DNA of 8,170 nt from a virus: IMG/VR virus record IMGVR_UViG_3300005882_000371, one strand, 5' to 3'. Both the position numbers and the translations under genes were made by a program. Below, piece after piece: positions 1 through 5,145 of this stretch. How positions within the stretch are numbered: position 1 is the first letter of the stretch; each line of letters starts with the position of its first letter. Under the pieces are notes generated by a model. That model searched no databases and was not told the DNA's origin. It saw only the letters and a list, made by a program, of their open reading frames with translations.

Positions 1-99
1 GGAACTTCAGGATCACCGGCCACACCCGACCAAGGTTCATTTTCACCAGGTTCACGCGCAGTACCTGAAGAAACAAAATTCTGATACCTAAAACAAGCA
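1..99. repeat. Left copy of the exact 99-nt terminal overlap (identical to 8072..8170)
   Basis: Base-by-base comparison: ggaacttcaggatcaccggccacacccgaccaaggttcattttcaccaggttcacgcgcagtacctgaagaaacaaaattctgatacctaaaacaagca occurs at both ends. Confidence 0.97.
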
Positions 100-722
100 C
101 CAGAAGACTTTGAGCATTTAACCTGGGAATTAAGATCAGTACCGTGACCCGCTGCGCCTGGTTGCAACATAGTCGGGCTGACATATTCGCAACCGCCAGC
201 AGATACAACACCACCCAACTGAAAACCACCCTCTGGTAAATCTTCAGTAAAAACACCGTTCTCGTAAGTGCCTGTTACAGCAGTACCAACCCTTTTAACC
301 GTGCCAGTATCAGGGCAATCAGGGCCAACCGGACCACAAACCTCTGGATGCTGTTCAAGCCAAGTTGAAGTCTGAACCGAACATTCTTTTTTCTTAATCG
401 CAACGCCTCCCTGAGAACCTGAAGACGTTTCATAAATACCGTAATTAAGAGACTGAAGAGAACAATTAAACGCACCACTATAAGACGAACACCATGCACT
501 AAGAGCATCTGAACTTTTGTCACCGTACCCACCAATACTAAACGCCCATACAGAATAGAAATACCCCTCTTCACCGCTAGTATCCTCAATAGCAAATACG
601 GAACCAGCCCCAAAAAACGCCCCCAAAAACACCAACACAACAGCAATCTGATTCCCTGGATACCGCCAATTAAAGCCAGGTCTTAACCAGGGCTTTACCT
701 GGGAAAATAGAGATCTTTTCAT
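1..722 (-). CDS. 5' part (about codons 1-240) of a 515-aa pIII-like minor coat / adsorption protein; the gene continues across the circular junction into 8071..7246
   Basis: Missing from the ORF track because it runs off the left edge. ATG at 722..720 has GAGG 8 nt upstream. My translation: MKRSLFSQVKPWLRPGFNWRYPGNQIAVVLVFLGAFFGAGSVFA/IEDTSGEEGYFYSVWAFSIGGYGDKSSDALSAWCSSYSGAFNCSLQ...QVKCSKSSGACFRYQNFVSSGTAREPGENEPWSGVAGDPEV. It is in the same frame as the 282-aa ORF, whose first codon at 8094 equals nt 23 (722-23=699). The N-terminus looks like a signal peptide, followed by 8 Cys in about 190 aa. It sits directly after the major coat gene and terminator, as gIII does in Ff and orfU in CTXphi. 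Confidence 0.8.
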   Translation of the reverse strand, partial: MKRSLFSQVKPWLRPGFNWRYPGNQIAVVLVFLGAFFGAGSVFAIEDTSGEEGYFYSVWAFSIGGYGDKSSDALSAWCSSYSGAFNCSLQSLNYGIYETSSGSQGGVAIKKKECSVQTSTWLEQHPEVCGPVGPDCPDTGTVKRVGTAVTGTYENGVFTEDLPEGGFQLGGVVSAGGCEYVSPTMLQPGAAGHGTDLNSQVKCSKSSGACFRYQNFVSSGTAREPGENEPWSGVAGDPEV

Positions 723-736
723 CCTGAATACCTCAT

Positions 737-760
737 AAAAAAAGGGAGCCGAAGCCCCCT
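737..760 (-). terminator. Rho-independent terminator downstream of the major coat gene
   Basis: The minus strand reads AGGGGGC-TTCG-GCTCCCT followed by six more T (seven consecutive T in all). This is a 7-bp stem with one G-U pair, a C(UUCG)G tetraloop and a T-run. It lies between the coat gene and the pIII-like gene, as the gVIII terminator does in Ff phages. Confidence 0.8.
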
Positions 761-768
761 ATTTCTTA

Positions 769-846
769 CTAACTCATCCTGCCCGAGTGATACCCGATCA
801 CCACCACCAGGACGGACACCGATGCGAGTATCACCGTAACGAGCAT
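769..846 (-). CDS. Possible 25-aa hydrophobic micro-ORF abutting the coat gene stop (TAAATG)
   Basis: My translation is MLVTVILASVSVLVVVIGYHSGRMS. It has a single hydrophobic helix and a basic tail and ends just before the terminator. There is no SD, so expression would need coupling to coat translation. Below the ORF-track size cutoff. Confidence 0.3.
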   Translation of the reverse strand: MLVTVILASVSVLVVVIGYHSGRMS

Positions 847-1095
847 TTAGCGGTTGAGGAGCTTCAACATGATACCCAGACCAGTGATGACCAGGGCGAT
901 AGCGAAGATACCTGCAACGATCACTTCAGTAGAACCCTTGTTTGCATCAAGCGCCGCCTGAACCGCCGTATCATCAACCGCCCAAGTATTGGAGCTGACA
1001 ACCGCAGCACCCACCGTAATAGACGCAGTAGAAGCCTTAGATTTAACGGACTGGAATGCCTGAGCTGCACGAGCCTGGAAGCCTTTCAATTTCAT
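847..1095 (-). CDS. Major coat protein (pVIII / Cep-like), 82-aa precursor
   Basis: SD AAGGAA lies 9 nt upstream of the ATG. A leader ends ...SSNTWA. The predicted mature ~43-aa peptide is VDDTAVQAALDANKGSTEVIVAGIFAIALVITGLGIMLKLLNR, with an acidic N-terminus, hydrophobic core and basic C-terminus, the classic inovirus coat layout. A strong terminator follows. Confidence 0.85.
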   Translation of the reverse strand: MKLKGFQARAAQAFQSVKSKASTASITVGAAVVSSNTWAVDDTAVQAALDANKGSTEVIVAGIFAIALVITGLGIMLKLLNR

Positions 1096-1112
1096 GATTT
1101 GTATTTCCTTAT

Positions 1113-1430
1113 TTATTGACGAGACAAAGTTTTAACGCCGATTCCTGCACCCCACGACATTACAAACAGCAACAACATGCCGCTGGTAATAATCCCGTAA
1201 AGAGCCGGATCAAACGTAAGCCAACGATCCAAAGCAGCCAGCCAATTGTCTATCTGCGTTGGGTCGAGAGATTGGGTTGGTGAAGTTGGTTCAGTTGGTG
1301 AAATCGCTCCACTTGCTTCCAGCAGAGCGACCATTTCAGCCTCTGAACGATCTACAAAACCAGAATCACAGTGCCACCAGTTACCTGATGAATCTTTTCT
1401 GATTGAGCCTGCGCAAGTATGGATAGACAT
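1113..1430 (-). CDS. Hypothetical 105-aa protein with a C-terminal transmembrane helix (possible minor virion or assembly protein)
   Basis: The ORF fills the gap between the micro-ORF and the coat gene on the coding strand. The C-terminus LYGIITSGMLLLFVMSWGAGIGVKTLSRQ is a TM helix plus a basic tail. The middle is Pro/Thr/Ser-rich. I recognise no family. Confidence 0.6.
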   Translation of the reverse strand: MSIHTCAGSIRKDSSGNWWHCDSGFVDRSEAEMVALLEASGAISPTEPTSPTQSLDPTQIDNWLAALDRWLTFDPALYGIITSGMLLLFVMSWGAGIGVKTLSRQ

Positions 1431-1437
1431 TAAATTC

Positions 1438-1569
1438 TTAACCTAAAATCAGACAGCCAGTACAACCGCAAGAGCTGCAAAGCGTGGGCGTTGTGCGGCG
1501 ATCACCATTTTCATGGTAAGCACCGCGACCGCGACAAACTGGACAGATAACCGCGTACTGGACTGACAT
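1438..1569 (-). CDS. 43-aa Cys-rich (zinc-ribbon-like) micro-protein, translationally coupled to the ssDNA-binding protein gene
   Basis: Not in the ORF track because it is under 60 aa. The ATG overlaps the upstream TAA by 1 nt (TAATG). My translation is MSVQYAVICPVCRGRGAYHENGDRRTTPTLCSSCGCTGCLILG, with CxxCxGxG, an 18-residue spacer, then CxxCxCxxC. It ends 7 nt before the next ATG, so it exactly fills the gap between two confident genes. Confidence 0.55.
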   Translation of the reverse strand: MSVQYAVICPVCRGRGAYHENGDRRTTPTLCSSCGCTGCLILG

Positions 1570-1934
1570 TAAGAAGCCTTAGCCGGAGCAGGCTTTTTAA
1601 CCTGAGAAGCGAGATAGGAATCAAGCTGACCAACCTCACACACTTTCTTCATAGAAGCGGCGATTTTGCGATCATCAAGACCCAGACCCTTGTAACGATC
1701 CACTTGCATAAGATCAGACGGATCAAGAGCGTAAACACCTTCCAACATAGCAACGGGAGCACCTGAAACCGGATCAGATGGAGGCGTGAAAACAAACTCA
1801 GTCGGATACGGAGAAGAAGGAAAACGCACCCAACCTGTTTGCTCATGCATCGTGTACGGCTTGCCTGTTTTCTGACTTACACCAGAGCGGGTATCGATAA
1901 CGCTTGCATGAATTTCAATAACTAACTTTGCCAT
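1569..1934 (-). CDS. ssDNA-binding protein, gene V protein (G5P) family
   Basis: 121 aa. VIDTRSGVSQKTGKPYTMHEQTGWV closely parallels the Ff gene V protein segment TTRSGVSRQGKPYSLNEQLCYV (recalled from memory). It sits immediately after Rep and overlaps Rep's end by 13 nt. SD AAGGGG lies upstream. Confidence 0.88.
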   Translation of the reverse strand: MAKLVIEIHASVIDTRSGVSQKTGKPYTMHEQTGWVRFPSSPYPTEFVFTPPSDPVSGAPVAMLEGVYALDPSDLMQVDRYKGLGLDDRKIAASMKKVCEVGQLDSYLASQVKKPAPAKAS

Positions 1935-3073
1935 GATGAGGCCCCTTGATTGTTAACGTCTGGAGCCGACCAAGGTCCAGAATCAGTGATAGGTAAAGAT
2001 GCCCCGACAGCTTTTTCTAAGCGACGAGGGACAGCGAATTCATTACGAGAAATAAGAGCTTCGACGATCTGAGAATCAGTCATACCCTTGGATTGACGCA
2101 TAACGTTAATCAAAGGCCCGTAGCTTTCACGAGCACTCGATTCCATACGTTCATAACCAATTTTCACCTTGGTTTTGCGTTCTGTTTTGATAAGCCTAGG
2201 CTCAACATCTTTGTGCTTCTGAATCTCCTCTCTGAAGACCTCAAAAGCAGGATACGAACCCAAGAAATAGGAAGCCGGATCAGTCAGGATAAAGAGCGGT
2301 ATCTCCCGATCTTTTGAGTGTATTTCTACCTCCCATCGCGTCCAGCGACTGGAAGGATCACCCTGCTGTTTACCCTTTTCGTAAATCCGGCAAAGCTTGC
2401 CACTTTTACGACTGCCGACCTGAAAAGTCCGACCGCCTGTGTATTCGATATCGCGTTCAATTCCATATTCGTTTTTGACCAACTTACCGCCAGACTTGAA
2501 CCAATCATGATTAGGATTCACACCGCCTTTACGCATCTTGAATGCGCCCAGCATCCACTGCTCAAAGGCATAATCGCAGCTGTAACGACCCTCGTGATCG
2601 TCATACGCGAGATCGACACGGGTGATCTTGATCAGAGGCAAATACTTGATCTGGGAAAGCAGCTTTTCAGGATCAATCAACGCTGTACCTTCACCTGAAA
2701 ACGAGATGTAACAACCACCGTTTTTAGCCCCAGAAGCAGCAATACCAATGTGCGTACCGTTCAAGTACAAATCCCAGCTAGAGCGATAGCCAAACATCCC
2801 ACGACCACGTTCATACATCGTAAAAACTTCAGACCAAGTGTCGTAAGTCGTCCATTCCTGACCTGCAAAGAAATCCTTAGTGATCATCTGACAAAACGTA
2901 GTGACATTTTCCCGACAAGACTGATCTAAGAAATCAATATCAATAGCTGGCTGTGATGCGTCCCGATTCTTCAGGAACTGAGCAAAAGACTGTTTACCAG
3001 CAGCAGCCAAACGGCGGATGGGCTCAAGATCATCGGGGCAGAAAGTGAAGGAAATGTAATCAATGATCACCAT
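1922..3073 (-). CDS. Rolling-circle replication initiator, Rep_trans family (RstA of CTXphi / RepC of pT181 type)
   Basis: 383 aa. Recognisable Rep_trans-type blocks: N-terminal IDYISFTF, RVDLAYDD, GGRTFQVGSRKSGKLCRIYEKG and TRWEVEIH. A GGGGG SD lies about 6 nt upstream of the ATG. It heads the operon that is divergent from the repressor gene. Confidence 0.88.
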   Translation of the reverse strand: MVIIDYISFTFCPDDLEPIRRLAAAGKQSFAQFLKNRDASQPAIDIDFLDQSCRENVTTFCQMITKDFFAGQEWTTYDTWSEVFTMYERGRGMFGYRSSWDLYLNGTHIGIAASGAKNGGCYISFSGEGTALIDPEKLLSQIKYLPLIKITRVDLAYDDHEGRYSCDYAFEQWMLGAFKMRKGGVNPNHDWFKSGGKLVKNEYGIERDIEYTGGRTFQVGSRKSGKLCRIYEKGKQQGDPSSRWTRWEVEIHSKDREIPLFILTDPASYFLGSYPAFEVFREEIQKHKDVEPRLIKTERKTKVKIGYERMESSARESYGPLINVMRQSKGMTDSQIVEALISRNEFAVPRRLEKAVGASLPITDSGPWSAPDVNNQGASSWQS

Positions 3074-3281
3074 TGAACACCCCCGCTTCGTAGAGATCGT
3101 TCCAGTTTTCTGAAGTGACTTCGATCAGGAGTGCAGACGGCGGGACGTAGGAAAGCATGGAGTTGTAAGAGCGGAAAAACTCAATACCACCACACGGCTC
3201 CATGAGATGAAAACATCCATGCTCCCGTTCGTAGTAGTAAGTTTCGCCGTTGCGTTCCATGAAAATAATCCGTGTAACCAT
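3060..3281 (-). CDS. Hypothetical 73-aa acidic protein, first ORF of the replication operon
   Basis: The ORF overlaps the rep start by 14 nt. There is no SD, and the ATG lies only about 8 nt downstream of the predicted transcription start, so the mRNA would be near-leaderless. I recognise no family. Confidence 0.5.
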   Translation of the reverse strand: MVTRIIFMERNGETYYYEREHGCFHLMEPCGGIEFFRSYNSMLSYVPPSALLIEVTSENWNDLYEAGVFNGDH

Positions 3282-3356
3282 GCTTAGTTACAGCGATCCT
3301 AGAACCAGTTTTGGTTACTGTCAACCGATATTGTTACGTTAACAAAGGTGGTTACG
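3274..3356. promoter_or_regulatory. Divergent control region between the repressor gene and the replication operon, with a sigma70-like promoter for rep and iterated TGGTTAC motifs
   Basis: Minus strand: TTGACA (3324..3319), a 17-nt spacer, then TAGGAT (3301..3296). GTTAC occurs 4 times in direct orientation (3287, 3314, 3333, 3351) and once inverted (3274-3278). The full 7-mer TGGTTAC is at 3312-3318 and 3349-3355, and inverted at 3274-3280. The outer copies overlap the two divergent start codons. A small palindrome AACCA-N4-TGGTT lies at 3303-3316. Confidence 0.6.
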
Positions 3357-3704
3357 ATGAACTACGATATAAAAACACTACTTTCACAACTAAAAAAGGC
3401 CATAAATTCAATGAGATGGTTCGATAGCTACGTGGACGAACTCAAGGACAGGCTAAATTTGGAATCGGATTACCAAGTCGCTAAGTATCTGGAGGTATCA
3501 CGCCAATACTTAACAAAAGTGCGGAATGGACAGCCGCTAGGAAGGCAGCATTGCATACGGATAGCCAGAGCCTTGAGAAGAGACCCATTAGAAATCATTG
3601 CAACAGCAGAAGCCCAGAGAGAAAAAGACCCGGACCTAAAAGCCATATGGGTAAAACTGGCCAAAGAAAAGGGGAATACAGATAAGTGGCAATCGGTACA
3701 CTAA
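3357..3704 (+). CDS. HTH transcriptional repressor (RstR-like position and orientation), 115 aa from the ATG at 3357
   Basis: SD AGGTGG lies 6 nt upstream of the ATG at 3357. The track's start at 3348 is a GTG inside that SD region. The helix-turn-helix segment is DYQVAKYLEVSRQYLTKVRNGQ. It is transcribed divergently from rep, as rstR is in CTXphi. Confidence 0.8.
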   Translation: MNYDIKTLLSQLKKAINSMRWFDSYVDELKDRLNLESDYQVAKYLEVSRQYLTKVRNGQPLGRQHCIRIARALRRDPLEIIATAEAQREKDPDLKAIWVKLAKEKGNTDKWQSVH

Positions 3705-3805
3705 GACGAGTTTCAAGCGCGGGGGTTTGGAGCTTCGTAGACCCAGCAATACAGCGGGTTTCAAGGGAGTGGCAACCAATAGCCAGCACATAGCGTAATT
3801 TAAGT

Positions 3806-3833
3806 TTCCCCCCCTATTAGTACATGGGGGGAA
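3806..3833 (-). other. C6/G7 stem-loop; candidate plus-strand replication origin (nick-site hairpin)
   Basis: The minus strand reads TTCCCCCC-ATGTACTAATA-GGGGGG(G)AA, an 8-bp stem. The loop carries ACT-AATAG, resembling the f1 gpII site CTTT/AATAG and the pT181 RepC site ACTCT/AATAG, which also sits in a GC-rich hairpin loop. The structure is certain; the function is inferred. Confidence 0.45.
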
Positions 3834-4227
3834 CACCCCTCCCGAACCCCGTCAGACCGACACACAAAACACGTGACCTACGGCCACTTGCCGATCCCTG
3901 CGCACAACTTGCCCGACCGCTACGCGCCCGCCCCGCCCTAACGGGTAGGCTACGCCTATTGCTTACAATCGCTCTGCGACCGCCGAGAGCTACGGAATAA
4001 AACAACTGACCAACGGAACAAGGCCAAAAGGACGATAAAAGATGGCTTATCAGGGTCGGAGTTGGAGCAGAGCAAGAAAGGACTTCAGTGCGAACGCGGT
4101 ACTAGTGAAAACGTGGTACTGGGTGCGACGAGATAGAGAAGCCAAGGACAAGGTTACGGCCAATCAGCATAGAGCACCGATCAGCCGTGAGGTGTGGCCT
4201 ATCAACGGCTACGCCGCTAAAAACCCG

Positions 4228-4374
4228 CTATCTCCCACCGCATAAAGACAACGACTGAAAAACAAGATCATCATACTGACTAAACCTAGCCATCATATAA
4301 AAGACCATAACGATAGCAGTGGAACCGGCACCCATCGCAAACGGGGCTATAAACATCATACTTTTTTCAAACAT
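4228..4374 (-). CDS. Possible 48-aa membrane micro-protein, last ORF of the accessory operon
   Basis: SD AAGGAA lies 5 nt upstream of the ATG at 4374. My translation is MFEKSMMFIAPFAMGAGSTAIVMVFYMMARFSQYDDLVFQSLSLCGGR, with one hydrophobic helix. Below the ORF-track cutoff. Confidence 0.45.
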   Translation of the reverse strand: MFEKSMMFIAPFAMGAGSTAIVMVFYMMARFSQYDDLVFQSLSLCGGR

Positions 4375-4412
4375 AACAATTCCTTTTTTGTGACTGTCAC
4401 GTCTAGTGCGTA

Positions 4413-4529
4413 CTAATGAAACCGGATCATAACCTCATCAACCCAAACATAGCCTCTACGCCATGAATTATAATCAGACACCCTTTCAGCCATGATGACA
4501 AAAATATCAATCTTATCCGAACGACTCAT
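4413..4529 (-). CDS. Possible 38-aa micro-ORF coupled (ATGA overlap) to the XRE gene
   Basis: The ATG at 4529..4527 overlaps the XRE TGA stop at 4528..4526. My translation is MSRSDKIDIFVIMAERVSDYNSWRRGYVWVDEVMIRFH. I recognise no family. Confidence 0.4.
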   Translation of the reverse strand: MSRSDKIDIFVIMAERVSDYNSWRRGYVWVDEVMIRFH

Positions 4530-4744
4530 AAGTCAAATTCCTTTTGATCCTCATACGGTAGCTCTACAGACCACCCCTTAAGGCAAAGCCACCGGATCGC
4601 AAGCTCTGTGCGCTTCTCAATCGGCGATTCTCCCCGCTCCATCAAGCTGACCAGCTGGCGCGTTACTCCCAGATCCCGTGCAAATTCAGTTTGTGAAAGA
4701 CCCAAAATATCCTTTCGAGCCTTTTTCATGACAGCAGGAGTCAC
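4526..4744 (-). CDS. XRE-family helix-turn-helix protein, 72 aa (67 aa if it starts at the internal ATG at 4729)
   Basis: The classic XRE HTH is LSQTEFARDLGVTRQLVSLMERGE. The GTG start overlaps the upstream stop (GTGA), with GGTG 6 nt upstream. Confidence 0.85.
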   Translation of the reverse strand: MTPAVMKKARKDILGLSQTEFARDLGVTRQLVSLMERGESPIEKRTELAIRWLCLKGWSVELPYEDQKEFDL

Positions 4745-5031
4745 TTAACACACCGTGAATATTTCAATTTATTAAAACGATAACCGCCGAACGAAGACCA
4801 TTTATAAACGCTTCTCTTAAAATCACGCCCGCTGAACAAAAACCGATAAACAACAAGCCAGTAATCAGGGCTACAATCATCATCAAAAATCTCTGCATAC
4901 TCCGAAGGCATCAAACCCTTAGACTTAACACGCAACGCACGATACAGACGTTTCCATTTACTTTTTGCACTGAAATCCAACTCTAATTGCGTCATTTCCC
5001 TAATCCCTGTTCCGTTATTTGATGAAACCAT
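4741..5031 (-). CDS. Hypothetical basic protein, 96 aa (84 aa if it starts at the ATG at 4995), first gene of the accessory operon
   Basis: Lys/Arg-rich, with no family I recognise. The predicted -10 element overlaps the ATG at 5031. The second in-frame ATG at 4995 has GGGA 8 nt upstream and may be the true start. It is translationally coupled to the downstream XRE gene. Confidence 0.6.
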   Translation of the reverse strand: MVSSNNGTGIREMTQLELDFSAKSKWKRLYRALRVKSKGLMPSEYAEIFDDDCSPDYWLVVYRFLFSGRDFKRSVYKWSSFGGYRFNKLKYSRCVK

Positions 5032-5100
5032 TATGACAAACTATTGGTCATTTGTACACGCTTTTTGACTAATTATTTGTCATTGGTTTATGAATAATTC
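5025..5100. promoter_or_regulatory. Second control region: imperfect inverted repeat around candidate divergent promoters
   Basis: AAACCAttATGACAAA (5025-5040) is an inverted match to TTTGTCATTGGTTT (5076-5089), 14 nt with a 2-nt insertion. A third GGTCAT copy lies at about 5046-5051. Minus-strand promoter candidate: TGTACA (5058..5053), 17 nt, CATAAT (5035..5030). Plus-strand candidate: TTGACT (5065-5070), 18 nt, TATGAA (5089-5094). Confidence 0.4.
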
Positions 5101-5145
5101 GACTGCAGTGGAAATGAAAAAGACAAGAAATTCAAACAAGACTGG

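Noticed and set aside
275-646. 123-aa minus-strand ORF from the track (MLLCWCFWGRFLG...)
   Set aside because: It lies entirely inside the pIII-like gene but in a different frame. Its sequence is Leu/Arg/Val-rich and low-complexity with no SD. The in-frame pIII reading gives a coherent signal peptide and Cys-rich domain.
787-1446. Plus-strand ORFs 787..1119 and 1246..1446
   Set aside because: They are antisense to the major coat gene and to the 105-aa ORF. Their compositions are His/Arg-rich or otherwise odd, they have non-ATG or SD-less starts, and no plus-strand promoter context exists.
1649-2698. Overlapping ORFs 1649..1846(-), 2093..2317(+), 2318..2698(+) and 2326..2508(-)
   Set aside because: All are embedded in the ssDNA-binding protein gene or the Rep gene, in alternative frames or antisense. 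Those two genes have clear family motifs, and these frames look like by-products of codon bias.
3282-3356. LexA (SOS) box in the rep/repressor control region, as in CTXphi
   Set aside because: The best candidate is CTGTcaaccgatATTG (3318-3333). It matches only one half of CTGT-N8-ACAG.
3470-4005. Minus-strand ORFs 3470..3664, 3595..3789, 3636..3836 and 3817..4005
   Set aside because: The first three are antisense to, or run out of, the repressor gene and read through the structured origin-like hairpin. The last is a TTG-initiated Arg/Gly-rich frame of the kind GC-rich non-coding DNA generates. None has an SD.
3948-4215. Exact 9-bp repeat GGCTACGCC (3948-3956 and 4207-4215) and several GCTACG copies (3919, 3949, 3989) as possible iterons
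   Set aside because: Exact 9-mer pairs are expected many times by chance in 8 kb, and the spacing is irregular. I noted them only as possible Rep-binding sites and found no further support.
4042-4245. 67-aa plus-strand ORF (MAYQGRSWSRARKDF...)
   Set aside because: It has an AAGGA 9 nt upstream, so it cannot be excluded. However, it is Trp/Arg-rich with no recognisable fold, lies in the non-coding origin region, and converges into the 3' end of the 48-aa minus-strand ORF by 18 nt. Support is insufficient to call it.
4369-4396. A further dif-like match (TTCAAACATAA, 8/11 to the reverse XerD arm) and CGCATAA at 4238-4244
   Set aside because: Only one arm matches in each case and the partner arm is essentially random. 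About two 9/11 matches to an 11-mer are expected by chance in 16 kb of two-strand sequence.
4390-4400. 11-bp perfect palindrome GTGACTGTCAC upstream of the 48-aa ORF
   Set aside because: 5+5 palindromes are expected several times in 8 kb by chance, and there is no second copy or promoter context.
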